64,000 bases of DNA. Origin: Felis catus. Taxonomy: Eukaryota. The first letter of the stretch is position 1. Every line of letters begins with the position of its first letter. The position numbers were made by a program, and so were the translations under genes. Shown here one piece after another: positions 12,191 to 25,004 of the stretch. Below the pieces are notes generated by a model. That model searched no databases. It was not told the origin of the DNA and saw only the letters and a program-made list of their open reading frames with translations. Location: NCBI RefSeq assembly GCF_018350175.1, contig NC_058368.1, positions 160,706,001 through 160,770,000 of the forward strand, given 5' to 3'.

Positions 12191-13369
12191 TAAAAACTGC
12201 TGCTTTTATCTATGTTTTGGGGTTTGCACTGTGAACTAATCTTAAACTTCAGAATGTCTTGATTACTGACTATTTACTGGAATGAATGAAATGAAAAAAA
12301 TATCATAGATCTATTCATTACACTGTTCCTTTAATTTGCGTGAATTTTATCATTCAACTTTCAGGGTATTTACACTTATATCGGTGTATACAGAACAAGT
12401 GCATTGCTCTAAGACAGGATTTAATAATACAGATTCACGAATAACTGGGACTCTATCCTATTGAGACAGTTGGGCTTTACTGTTATTTGGCTTTTTTTCT
12501 GCTGCCGTAGGTATTTTCATCTACTGCATAGAAAGCACCTTTACTCTGCTAAAGTTCAGCGCCATTCTGAAAGATATGGGCCTAGAACGGAGTTTGGGAA
12601 AGCAAGATAAGAACCTTTTAAATTAATACATTGACAAGTTTGAACTAAGTCATCTTCTGATATGCTTGCTGAGGAAAAAAGTTCACTTGACTGGATACTT
12701 TATTCATTGCATAAGAAGCCCTACTCGTCTTCAACTAGTCTAAAAGTTGATGGCCCTGTTTTTTGCTTGGTTGGGGGCTATATATAAATATATCATATTT
12801 TCTTTTAAAAAATATCCTTTTTTTTAAAGTGTACTTTTAAACCTGTAATGTATTTTAGTATTCTCAGAAAACTTATTTTTGTAATGAGCCTCTATTACAT
12901 TTTCAGACACTGCCAAGTATATAGCAGTGTTATGACACTGCATAGGTTATGGACTGTAAAGCACACTTTATGTCAGTCATTTGCAGAAAACAATTTCTGA
13001 CAGTAATATAAGATAGATTGTGCTGTTTTTATAGAAAATTAATAATTTCTTAGTGATTAGGCCTTTTTTCTTCTGACCTTTAAAATTGTTATTCAGTACA
13101 ACTGGGGAAGTTTGTGCATATGCATATATCTCTTAGATCTGAATTTAAATTGCATGAGGTTTTTCTTATACAGTCTGGATACTGTGGTAGGTTTTCCAAG
13201 CTAGCATCAAGTTTTGCAGAAAGTCCTTTTAAAAAACAGTTACATGTCTACGAATTTAAGCTGAAAGGATTCAGAGCAATATAAAGAGAACTATGTCCGT
13301 TTGGATATAATAAGATTAACTCCTATGCAATTAACATGATTCAAACCAAAAAATGATGGCAAGAATTTT

Positions 13370-13585
13370 TAAAAAAATTTTTAACAGTTTTTATTAATTT
13401 TTAAGAGACAGAGCCAGAGCATGAGCTGGGGAGGGGCAGAAAGAGAGGCAGACACAGAACCCAAGCAGGCTTCAGGCTCTGAGCTGTCAGCACAGAGCCC
13501 GACGTAAAGTTTGAACTCACAAACAGTGACATCATGACCTGAGTGCAAGTTAGAAGCTTAACTGATTGAGCTACCCAGGTGCCCC
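13370..13585 (-). mobile_element. Feliform Can-SINE
   Basis: Reverse-complement SINE ending ccaggtgcccc at 13585. Confidence 0.92.
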
Positions 13586-13838
13586 AAGATTTTTTTTTTA
13601 ATTAGACTTGTTTACTTTTGAAAAATCTCAGTTTTTCCATTTGTACATTTTTGGAAACCTACAACAACACCTTCAACCATGGTGTGAAAAGAGAAAAACA
13701 GTATGGAGGATCTCACATGTCATGGGCAACCTCACCACCTTCCCTAGGAAGCAGCTATTACCAGCAAGGTCCAATGGGTAAGATGTCACTGTTTGTCAGG
13801 TGTGTTTGGGGGAAACACTTTTTAAAGAATATGCCTTT

Positions 13839-14050
13839 GGGGCACCTGGGTGCTCAGTTGGTTGAGCATGTGACTTCGGCTCAGGTCATGATCTCATGGT
13901 TCTTGGGTTTGAGCCCCACGTTGGGCTCTGGGCTGACAGCTCAGAGCCTGGAGCCTGCTTCAGATTCTGTGTCTCCCTCTCTCTCTGTTCCTCCCCTCCT
14001 TGAGCTCTCTCTCTCTCTCAAAAATAAATAAACATTAAAAAAATTAAAAA
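13839..14050 (+). mobile_element. Feliform Can-SINE
   Basis: Full-length; TSD aaagaatatgc(c)ttt. Confidence 0.95.
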
Positions 14051-15212
14051 AAAGAATATGCTTTATTTATGGTATTAACTCTCTATTTTTCATAACCCTA
14101 GCTGGTACCTACTTAATATCAAAGACAGTATGTGAAGTAGTTAGCATGTATGGAGAGAAAAAGAAATGCTAAGACTCTAGAATTAGGTAACATCATTACA
14201 GTTTTCTTTAAACTTTAATATTATTATATTTTTAAGACATGACCAAAATAAAAAGTCTAGCTGCTAATGTTTGTCCAACACAAACTGACAAAAGGTTGTT
14301 TAAAATAATGGCTGATGGGAATTTTTATCCTGGAAAAACTTTATAGTAACCAGATACATTAATCACGTTCATTCCTGGATTCAAGTTAAAAATAGCTTTC
14401 CCAAGGGAGGATATTTTGAATGCCTGTGTAACATTACTAAATAAAGCATCCCTTCTCTACCAGCTGCAGGAGGTGTTTCTTTTTATTCTTTATGTCTTAG
14501 TTTCTTTTTTTTTAATTCCTAGTCTAGCTGTATTTAGATTTGAAGTTGTTTTATATTTATTTTATATGGTTTTTTATCACCTCAATTAAAATCCTTAGAA
14601 CCCGATGAGTGAGTTTCAGGATTCAGATTACTTTCATGTTTAATTGAGGAAAATTTTGAAACGCATTTCAAATGTGGAGAACACCTCGAAGTAAGTGACA
14701 TTAATAGTTCTGCATCAAAATGTACAAATAATCACATAAAGTGGAATAAGTAAATAACAGAATTGGCTTTTCATGACTTCTAGTCAGGTGTTAGATCAAT
14801 TATGAAATAATGTTGGATCTTTAGAAAGTTTTGGTTTTAAGAATTCTGGATAGAAATTGTGTACTTATGTGTGTGTATTTTTATTTTTATTTTATTTTTT
14901 TGTCTGAGAAGTTTATATTGAAATTGAGTCTCTAAATTAAAAAAAGAAAGGAAATGTGTCAGATTAGACTGTTCAAACTAATATAATGGTCAGTCTTTTA
15001 GTAAAGAAGAATCACCAAAGTAAATGTTTCTTCTTTAATTTTTCATTGTTATTGGAGAATTGCAATTCCCAAAGCATTCCAAATTCAAATGCTTACATTC
15101 TGGGAATAATCAGGTACCATAAATGTATGAGGTGGTCAGATGGTCAGATATGATGTAATAGGGAATTACAGAGAATGTAAACTTGAGATGCCTTGCCTAA
15201 AGGCATCCACAG

Positions 15213-15224
15213 TCTCTGTCTCTG

Positions 15225-15255
<31 letters not shown>

Positions 15256-15273
15256 TTGTAACACACACACACA
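15213..15273. repeat. (TCTCTG)n/(CT)n followed by (CA)n microsatellite
   Basis: Read directly. Confidence 0.85.
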
Positions 15274-15437
15274 GCCAGACGTAATCTGAGTCAGAAAACT
15301 ATGTAACATTATAAGGAAAGAGTGGAAATAATTTGGAAGAATTTCTGATACCTAAATATTCTTTCACATTTAGCTTACATGTGGTTGCCAGTTTTTTCTA
15401 CTTCTCTAAAAAAAGAAATACCTAACCTATCATTTAA

Positions 15438-15800
15438 TTATTCATTCATTTATTCAGTTAGTCTTTAAACAAATAATTATTCATTTTGTACTCTATGAGT
15501 GTAAAACTCTAGGGAAATAGAAGTGAGTGAGGCAACTCATGCCTTAGAGATGAGCTAAACAATATGCAGTTACCATTCAGAGGTAAGAGCGTGGTGCTGC
15601 AGGCTTCCAAAAGATGTGCACCCATTTTATTAGTCTGATGATGTAGAGAAGCATTCACAGAAGTGACAACCAGTGGCTTAAAGGAAGAGTTAAAGCTAGT
15701 CAAGCAATGAATGAGGCAAGGGATTTCCAAACAGAGAGAAGATTGAAGGGACAGGGGTAATTGAGGAACCAAAGAGAATTCCTTAAGGGAAGAACCTAGG
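15438..15800 (-). mobile_element. L2 3' fragment
   Basis: ttattcattcatttattca...aaacaaataattatt (antisense L2 terminus) followed by purine-rich L2-like body. Confidence 0.65.
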
Positions 15801-18800
15801 ATGCAAACTTATTTCCCTTTTTAAATAAGCAGGGCAAAAATATAGCTACTTCTATTGTTGAGCATGTTCAATATTTTTGTCAAGTCCACATTTTGTTTTC
15901 CCTTTCATCAGTTAAATGCAGTGTAATTTGGATGCAAATACTATTTACGTGTCTGCTCTACCTATTTTCCTTTTTCAAAAAGTTTCTGTACATCCCACAC
16001 TCTGAAAAGACCAACATATACAAAGAGAAAAACGAAAAACAATCCTCTGATTATATTTAATAAGTGTACATCAGATAGAAAGACAGGAAATAAAAGAATA
16101 TAAAGAGAAAATGAAAGTGAGAAAGTGACTAGTTCTTTCCTAGCCATAATTTCATAGTCATTCTGTCTCCTGTTTCAAAGAGCAAATGCAATTCGTTTTA
16201 TGTTTAGGATTCAGTATTATTTTCTCCTGTTAATATATGTTAATTTTTAATAGAAACCTCCTCATATAGCTTGAAACACCAAAAGAAAAGGATAAAACTA
16301 ACTCCAAAGCAAGGCGTTCAACTACAGTTTTAAACTTTCGTACAGTATCTAAATGAAATAAATTGACTTAAACAAAATTATATATTTCCCTCTTATTAAA
16401 AGTTCATACAGATAGAAAAGAATATTTGCATTCCAAATGCATCCAGTGTTATGATATGAAAACTCTAACAGAGCAACAATAGCTTGAAAATCCACCGGGA
16501 GAAACTTTACACTGACCTGGGTAAAACTGCTAATTTAATTTTATCGTTTCAAGTGAAAGTGACTCGAAACCAAGGGAGACTAATCTGAACAGTAAGCCTA
16601 ATTGCAAATGCCTCAGTACATTATGTAGATAATAACAGCTCCCATGTGGATAATAGAAGTTAGAAGAGAACTGAAAATTACACTTTCTTTTGCCGTCTTG
16701 AAAATGAACCGATATTGAATCTTATCTCCCGATCCACATACTAAAATGGAAATTGCTTTCCAGGTTTTACTAATTTTACTTACAGGATATTATGTGAAGT
16801 TTTTTTTCCCCCTGATGCACTTATTCTGATTAAATATAAAAATAGACTCACAGTATTTGAAACTGACAGAAAAATCAGAAAAGGGAATATCGAGTCTGGT
16901 GCATGTCTGATTTCCTATGGCTTTATCATCAGCACTCATTGCACTATCTAAAATATATTGAGAAGATTTCTGTTTGAAATCACTCTATATTAAGCAAAAG
17001 ATATTTTGTTGATGAGCCTGTGAAATTGAATGTATCCAAAATTAGCATGAGTGCTAAAGCATACACACAAACCTTACACTATGTAACTAAACACCATAAA
17101 TGCCATTATGAGTTAGTATTGAGATGTTTAATATTTGCATTTAAATTTAAGTCATGTCAGCAAGTTATATCTCAAATTAAAAAAAAAAAGGCTTTCATAC
17201 CTCAAATACAGAGATTAAAAACCAAGCGAGCTCTGGGAGAGATTATACAACTACATGTGTGGGAGTCCAATCCTACATTTTACAGCACAGCCTTCTAATC
17301 CTCACTGCAGTGAGAACACCAGACTCTGACTCCGAAGACTTCAGCTCCTGTCCTCGCCCAGTCTAGGGCTACTTGCAATTCATAGGGGCAATATTAATCA
17401 ATTGATGTACTAATTTTACTTTGCATTTGTTGATGTGTGCAGTGTTCTCGATCTACGCTCGGCACACATATGCACATAGAGGTGCAGATTTTCAAGAAAA
17501 TATTCTTAAACAAGTTGCTTGTTTGCAAGTTACAGTTGTAATTCATGTCACGTTTACTGTGTTTAAAATTTTGTTGTACAGGACGGTACTACTTGGGGCA
17601 GTTATTATTTTTTATTGTTTTTTTCACCAAGCTTTTAAAAAAAACTTTAAGCAAGTTAATGAAAGATAGAATTTTTTAAATTAGGTAATAGAACAGAATA
17701 CTCTTGTCTCTTAAAATTCAGTTGATCCCCAAAAAGGTATTTATTGAAGTAAAAATTCTAGAGTCTGAGAAATTCTGGGAAATTCCAAAAGATGTTCCAA
17801 ATTGGTCTATTTTACATCATTCTGGAAATCCATTCCCCTTACCCCCATCTAATAATAGGCATTTATATTCAAATGCAACTTATAAAAAGACGCAAGAAAA
17901 GGCTTGAGGGCAAAAACTTTTTTACCCAATATACTTGGGCTTTATTCAAGGGATCCACTAAATTTCAACAGTGGTATGATAACCTCAGAGCAAGTTACAT
18001 AAATGAAATAATGTTTCAGATAGAGTATTTGGTTTATTTTCTAAAAGTTGTCTTAAGGCTACAAAATTCTTGAAGTATTATACTTTTACCACATTCTGTT
18101 ATATGGATAAATGGGGAGGGAAATCTTACCATAAGTCTATGACATTATACATGATGGAAAAAAATATTTTTAACCAAAGCACATTTTGCCCAGATACCCT
18201 AGTCAAATTAAAATGTTTTTTATGTGTTGATACTTTCCTACTTAATATGTGAAAAATGTTGTACCAAGTAATGGGAATAATGTGTAAAACAGATACCACC
18301 CCCATCCTCAAGAAGCTTATTGTCCAGTAAGGGAGACGGATAATTACACAATTCTATAAACAAATGTAAAGGCACAGCTTGCTAACTATCATGAGCAGGA
18401 CATGGTGCAGTAAGAGCATATTGGATCTGACATAGGCTGTGAGATGAGATATGGCTCCTTGGATCATCTGCTGAGGAAGTGTAATCCTAAAAATGTTTAG
18501 ATAAATCCATGTCTGCAATTGTAAGGGGAAAGCTGTTCTTGCTGCAGCTATAACTTTCGATCACATACCTCATTATGGAGGATCTTCACAGCAATTTGAT
18601 CAGCACACACTGCAACTTTTAGGCATTTTGTCTGTCCCTTTGGCTACACTGAATACTTTAATAAGACATTATGTACATAATGAAAGTTGATCTTATGTGG
18701 TTAATGCCCACACACCCTAAGATCCTGCCTTCCTACAAGCTTTCACACATCCTTTCCTAGTTGTTGAGTACATAACTATTCAATGAGTTTCTTCAGTATA

Positions 18801-18959
18801 ACTATTCAAGAGTGCATATGCTGGAAAATCTTAATATTTAGAAGCGAATATTATTTTTGGTTGATTTACTGGAGAAATGTTTTCATATGTTCTGCCTTTT
18901 GGAAAACAATATATTTTGAAAAAACTAACAAACTGTTGAGGACAATAATTGTAACTTTG

Positions 18960-19185
18960 TAATAGAAAGCTAGAAATTCAAACACTAGTCTCATTTTTAT
19001 AGTCAGATTTGATTTTTGGTATGACTTGGGAGTAATCTCAATGCCTTGACTTCCTCGTCAATAAAGAAGTGATAAGAATAATTACCTCTCTCAATAGGAG
19101 TCTTATGAGGATTACAGAATTAATGTATTTGCATTTTTTGAGAGTCTGAGATGAAAGTTTCTAGATGAGTATAAAATATTATTCG
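18960..19185 (+). mobile_element. MIR-family remnant
   Basis: tatgacttgggagtaatctcaa...ttcctcgtcaataaa...ttatgaggatta core motif. Confidence 0.55.
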
Positions 19186-19616
19186 GACGAATGCTATAGT
19201 TAATCTCACATTCAGGTTAATAAATGTCACCTTAGATCAAAGGTTTATTTTGTGCATTTCTACAGAAATATGAAGGAAATTATTTATCTTCAATATTCTG
19301 CTGACAAGAAATTTTTTAGGTGTCAAGAAATACTACTAAAGAGTAAAAGAAATAGTCTTTGACATTTTTCAGTTCTGTATTTGTGGAATTATCTACAACA
19401 GCTATACTTTACAAATGGTTTTCAAGATTAAAAGCAGTAGTACTTCTGGATCAAAAGAAAAGAAAAAAAGTACCTATCAGGACATGAACAGCTTGTGCAA
19501 TGAGAAATTAAAATTAGATGATATGGATCAAAGAGAAAGAAAAGAAAATGAGATCATTGGGAAGATTATAATGACAAGTTTTAGAATTTCTGCATCTCTA
19601 TTAAAATTTAAGTGTC

Positions 19617-19842
19617 GGGGCGCCTGGGTGGCGCAGTCGGTTAAGTGTCTGACTTCAGCCAGGTCACGATCTCACGGTCCGTGTCCGTGAGTTCGAGCCC
19701 CGCGTCGGACTCTGGGCTGATGGCTCGGAGCCTGGAGCCTGTTTCCGATTCTGTGTCTCCCTCTCTCTCTGCCCCTCCCCCGTTCATGCTCTGTCTCTCT
19801 CTGTCCCAAAAATAAATAAACGTTGAAAAAAAAATTAAAAAA
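19617..19842 (+). mobile_element. Young SINEC_Fc-type SINE
   Basis: Near-consensus; perfect TSD AAAATTTAAGTGTC (19603-19616, 19843-19856). Confidence 0.97.
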
Positions 19843-20269
19843 AAAATTTAAGTGTCATAGCCAAATAAAAATTCTTTAATTTTTATTGAGATCAATGAAA
19901 ATATCACTAAGAATCACTTATTTTAAGCAAAGATTGATCTCCCTTTTAAAATGTGTATCTAACACTAATTTAGACTCTATATGGTTTTCCATTCAGCAGC
20001 AAAAATATGTCATAATCAAACATTAGATTGTAGGTCACATGATCTTACCATGTTTTCTCTATATGATTTTACACACATGACATATCGCACACACAGATAT
20101 AGTGCAACTATAAATACTATATAACAGAAGTAGTCTCAACTTTTCTCAGAGTGAGAAATTTCTGGCTTAATTTTTTAAAATGTCATTTGTACCTTATTGA
20201 CATTTATATTTTTGTTGGCTTTGTATGGAATGAAATCCAGTGGTCAGAGATAAAAATAAGAAAATTCCA

Positions 20270-20483
20270 GGGACACATGGGTAGCTCAGTTGGTTAAATG
20301 TCCAACTCTTGGTTTCAGCTCAGGTCATGATCTCATGGTTTGTGGGTTGGAGCCTCAAGTTGGGCTCTACACTGATGGTGTGGAGCCTGCTTGGGATTCT
20401 CTCTCTCTTTCCCTCTTCCTCTCTCTGCTCCTTCCCCACTCTCTTTCTTTCTCTTTCTTCCTCAAAATAAATAAACCTAAAAA
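20270..20483 (+). mobile_element. Older Can-SINE
   Basis: Head, gctcaggtcatgatctc, (CT)n, AATAAA tail; TSD aaaatt[c/a]cag. Confidence 0.92.
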
Positions 20484-22214
20484 AAAATTACAGCATCCAT
20501 ATATGCCCCCTCATTGATCTGAATGAATGTAGTTAAGCAATGTGTTATCCATCTATTTGTAGAATTTTGTCACTGGTTCAAAAATAAATAAGGTGTACAT
20601 TACCAAACACTTCCAGCCTGTGATGCACAGTTTTTCCAGGCTGTCACTGGTAAAGGCAGACCTCCATTGGTGAACTTGAACTAGGGTGCTAGAGTTGTTG
20701 AGGCTGTCTCTGCTGCACATTAGAGCCATGCTGAAGTTCTTTAATTCTGGGGAAGTCTAAGAATAGCCAGTGGTATTAAAAAAATAATAAGGCAATAGTG
20801 GGAATATCTGGATCTTTTATGACTGTAAGGTCTACCATGATCTGGGCAAACCAGCCTTGTGGCCCCTGCAGCTAGGATGTGGGGCAAAGGGACAAAATTC
20901 AGGGTTTGGTAGGTCCTGTAGAAGTGTAAGATCTGGGATGTGTTTACACTGGTCCCTGTGTACCTCCCTGGACCCTGGTTGAATTCCACAGCCCTCACTT
21001 ACTGAGTGAGCATACTTCTTCCATGCCATTTTTCTCCTTATTCCCTTCATATTTATCATATTATATTATTATATATTAAATATTATATATAATATGTTAC
21101 ATATATTATTTCTTTTCCTCCAGTAAAATTAAATTCAATAAGGAAAAAAAATCTTCTATGATTGTTTCACTACTATTTGCTCAAGACCCAAAACAGTGGT
21201 TGGAATATAGTGGATTGTCAGTAAATGTTTAACTATTGGAGGAACAGAAGAAATGTTAAACAATACTTGACTAGTTCAATGTTAAAATAATAAGGAACTT
21301 TTTACATGCCTTTAAGAATTAAAGAATTCTTAAATTTAGACTATTCTTTTTAGATCACTTATGCAATAGCAGCCACATTTGCATTACTAAATTCTATTGA
21401 TAAGAATTAGTTTTAAAGAAAACACCTGTCCCCTTTTTATTAATATATATGTATCTAATTGGAGAGAAAACTTAAGTGATTATTTTTAGACATATGAAAA
21501 TCATCTAACAAGATTACTTTTTTGATTATTATGTAATCAGTTATTCACTTAGCTCACAAATTTAGGCAAAAATCTTGATTAAAATTACCACTGTTATTTT
21601 AAAATAATGTAATTCTGCTTCCTACTCTGAACCAGACACCCATTCTGCCATACCCATCAGGGGGATTTTCTTGATTAAAACACTGAGTTAACTAATCACT
21701 TCTGTGCCCTATAAATGTATAGCATATGTTGAAAATGTAATAGCATGTGGTTTTTTAAAATAGATTTTCTACTTATCCTACTTACTCAAAAACTTAACCC
21801 ATATTACTTACATGTCTTTACTCAAGCATTAAAGATGCCTAACAAACTGTATTATTTGTTCTCCCATGTTATATTTATTTCCATTTTTGGAAATACTGTT
21901 AATTATGCCTGCACACACTTATGGCAATAATATCAAGGAAAAGGTTATAATCTCCATAGGATAACTGATTATCTCAGTTTTGTCTTGTTCCTTTAATTTA
22001 AAAAAATTTTTTTTGATTACATGATGATTTCATACAGTCTAGAAAAAATAGAAATCATCAATGTACATATAAAATGTGACTGATCAAATAAATGTTAATT
22101 ACCTTTGTGAATCCCTATTATCTAGCTTTATTTGTATTTCCCCAGAGCATTTCTCAATAATTGTGATTTTTTTGTGGACAATAAAACTTATAGTTCCTGA
22201 AACACCCTTTTTAA

Positions 22215-22222
22215 AAATAAAT

Positions 22223-22269
<47 letters not shown>

Positions 22270-22431
22270 GAGTGAACGTGAGCAAGGAGGGGCAGGGAGG
22301 GGGTGCAGAGGATCAGAAATAGGCTTTGTGCAGACAGCAGGGAGCCTAATGCAGGGCTCAAACTCATGAACCATGAGATCATGACCTGAGTTGAAGTCGG
22401 ACACTTAACCAACTGAGCCAATCAGGTGCCC
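22215..22431 (-). mobile_element. Can-SINE with (TTTA)n tail microsatellite
   Basis: Reverse-complement head ...caggtgccc; about 12 TTTA units at 22221-22269. Confidence 0.9.
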
Positions 22432-22965
22432 TTTTAAATGTTTGTTTTTTTGTTTTTTGTTTTTTTTGCTTGTTTTTAATTAAAAAAAGTTTTAATCATG
22501 TTTATTTGTATAAAAGGTATCTCTTTTGAATTTTATCTCTATATGCCTATGCATGTGTGTGTGAGAGACAGAGAGAGAGAAATTCCAATTTGAGAGTAAA
22601 CTGTGTTAAACTTTGTATTTCAGAAATGATGTCCAGATATGTCTATACTTGATTACGTAAGAGTCTATTTCATTGGGAAACCAGATAAATTTGGGAGTAA
22701 GCATTAATTCTAAGGGAAGTAGGTATCAGAACGAATCGACTACTGTGTATAAATTTCATAGGTAGCCAATTAAACTTCAGTTATTGTTTTTAAAATTTGC
22801 AGATTGTTTAAAAATTTCTAGGTGAATGGTCATATTATCTGCAAAACACACAAACAAAAAAGCAAGTTGTATTTTTTCCTTTCCAATGCTTCTGCTTCTA
22901 AATTCTTTTTCTGGCCTTATACTATTGACTAAGGCTACAGTATTATATTATTGTATGCTGTGGCT

Positions 22966-23657
22966 TGTTAAAAATTAACATTGTTAAGTAGAGACCCAGA
23001 GTGTTGGATAGTGAGCCTTGGTTCAACACTAGACTAAAAAGGAAATGAAAAAGAGAAGTTTATAAGTTACAGGTCCTGGAGATGTTAGAGGGCATGCCTC
23101 CAGGGGCCACAAGGAGAGGTCAAGGCAGAGTGTAGGCAAAGAACACATCAGGACCCGGGTCTTGTGCTCTTATTATGAGGGTTCTCAGAGTGTTTTGGCT
23201 TACCTGAGCTAAGGCCAAATTAGTCAGTTCAAACCAGAAAGAATGTGTTTTGTTAAATTCGTGGAGGTTTTATGAAAGTGATGTATCAGGAGAAGGCCCA
23301 GGGAAAGGGTGAGGAAGACTGCTTATGCAAAAGGCATTTGGGTCAGGTCATAATGTCAGGGTGCAAGGGATGGAGCCCTGTGTCTGGTTCCTCGCTGAAA
23401 GCATGGAGCCTGATTGGGATTTTCTCTCCCTCTCTCTCTCTGCCCCTCCTCCGCTTGTGCGCTCTCTAAAAATAAATAAACTTTTTTAAAAAGGGGCCTT
23501 TGAGGGAGTCATATAAGGAAGTTAAATTAACTTGTGACTCTGTGGATTGTTATTTTAGACAGGAACTAGTATCAGAAGTCCCTGCAGGCCACTTAGCGAC
23601 ACAAAATTATTGCCTAAGGCACCAATATTATGGAACAGTTTAGCTAAATTCTCAACA
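22966..23657 (-). mobile_element. Solo LTR, ERVL-like (MER74/MER54/MER88 group suspected)
   Basis: Imperfect inverted termini tgttaaaaatt...aattctcaaca; ttacaggtcctgg...ggccacaaggagaggtcaagg motif; TSD not evident. Confidence 0.6.
23341..23489 (+). mobile_element. 5'-truncated Can-SINE inside the LTR
   Basis: tcaggtcataat...ggagcctgattgggattttctctccctc, AATAAA tail; degenerate TSD aaaggcatttg / aaaggggcctttg. Confidence 0.8.
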
Positions 23658-23809
23658 GTGTAGTTGGAATTTCTCCTTATTTCTGATTTTAAAGAGAAAG
23701 TTTATAAAGTTTCTACATTTAGGAAACAGCTCAAGTTTTTATTCTTTATTTGTTTGGTTTTATAGTTATTTGTTCACAAGGCTAACAAATTTCCCTTATT
23801 AACCTAGAG

Positions 23810-23812
<3 letters not shown>

Positions 23813-23858
<46 letters not shown>
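23813..23858. repeat. (TG)23 microsatellite
   Basis: Perfect repeat, read directly. Confidence 0.97.
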
Positions 23859-23861
<3 letters not shown>

Positions 23862-23998
23862 AATAATGACTTGGTAGTGTGCTTTACCAAGCAAAACTTT
23901 CATTTCCAGATATTTAAAAAGCTACACATTTGGGGATTATATTAAAACATAAAAATAATTAGAAATAATATTATCTAAACAACTTCCATAAATCAATT

Positions 23999-24002
<4 letters not shown>

Positions 24003-24038
<36 letters not shown>
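24003..24038. repeat. (CA)18 microsatellite
   Basis: Perfect repeat, read directly. Confidence 0.97.
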
Positions 24039-24042
<4 letters not shown>

Positions 24043-24049
24043 CTTGATA

Positions 24050-24185
24050 AAGTAGAGGGAAGAAAAGGAATAACCATAGAAGAGAAAACACTTGTAGTCA
24101 GCAAACTACAAAAGAGATGTTCAAAATCACTAGTAATCAAGAAAGATAAGAGAAAATCAAGATCACCATGAAATACAACTTTATG
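24050..24185 (+). mobile_element. L1 ORF2 3' fragment, sense
   Basis: aaagagatgttcaaaatcactagtaatcaagaaa...caccatgaaatacaact. Confidence 0.65.
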
Positions 24186-24188
24186 CTT

Positions 24189-24278
24189 GGGGCTCCTGGG
24201 TGGCTCAGGTCAGTTAAAGCATCTGACTTCAGCTCAGGTCAGGTCAGATATTTAATTGACTGGCCACCCAGGTGCCCC
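24189..24278. mobile_element. Two Can-SINE 5' heads fused in inverted orientation
   Basis: 24189-24241 is a + strand head; the reverse complement of 24242-24278 is ggggcacctgggtggccagtcaattaaatatctgacc. Confidence 0.9.
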
Positions 24279-24749
24279 TACCAGATACTTTAGTATATGT
24301 TTATGTCAATATCCTATCTTTTTATCTCGATACTTGATTAATATGTGTTTATTTCATTATTTAAGTTAACTAACAATGAATAAAAGTAGACCATACATTG
24401 AACAATGCTTGTGTCATGAAACAAGGATAAGGATTAATCCAGTTTTGTACAGGTGTGATCTATAGACAAACCAAATTTTGTCCAGAGGCAAAAGTGAATT
24501 GCAGAGGCAAATCTCTTTCTAAAGCTCTTTCTTGGCTTAGTCTTGTGAGAGTGTGATGAGATACTATGTAAATGTGGTCTCCAGAAAGACAGAATGCTGA
24601 GTCCCGATGGGATTAGAATGATTTGGATTCATTTCAAATTCATTCCTTGGAGAGATCCTTTTCCTGCACCAACAATAGTGTGAGGAAGAAGGGTGTGACT
24701 GAATGACCATTGACTTTTTTGGCTCTCTTCCCAGTTCCCTTCTTTTGAC

Positions 24750-24933
24750 CTGTGGTTCTCAAAGGGAGTCCTTAACCAGAAGCACAGGCCTCACTTGGGA
24801 ATTTAGAAATGCAATGCAAATTCTTTGGCCCCGTTCTGTGTCCTCTGGATTAGAAAACTTGGGAGCAAACCAAGCAATTCCTGTGATACCAAGTCCTGAT
24901 GGTCTGACACTTGCTCAGGTTTGAAAACCACTG
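24750..24933 (+). mobile_element. MER5A-like hAT-Charlie MITE
   Basis: TIRs ctgtggttctcaaa / tttgaaaaccactg; 184 bp; degenerate 8-bp TSD cttttgac/ctcttgtc. Confidence 0.8.
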
Positions 24934-25004
24934 CTCTTGTCTCTGCTTCCTGCTCATTTTATTGGGTACTCTTATTAACCCTCCCATTTCAGGTATAACA
25001 TTTT

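Larger units (their letters stand above)
22740..23890 (-). mobile_element. Old L1 ORF2 (RT region) remnant, interrupted by an LTR and (TG)n
   Basis: tttctaggtgaatggtcatattatctgcaaa (antisense of the YADD-motif region), ttcctttccaat; continues after the LTR with ccttatttctgattttaaagagaaag. Confidence 0.65.

Noticed and set aside
14599..14696. Plus-strand GAA|GTAAGT donor preceded by an open frame (FRLLSCLIEENFETHFKCGEHLE)
   Set aside because: The nearest acceptor lacks a pyrimidine tract, and the upstream acceptor gives stops in all three frames
22740..24185. L1 twin-priming inversion as the explanation for the opposite L1 orientations
   Set aside because: The two pieces appear to come from L1 positions far apart and share no visible TSD; independent insertions are simpler
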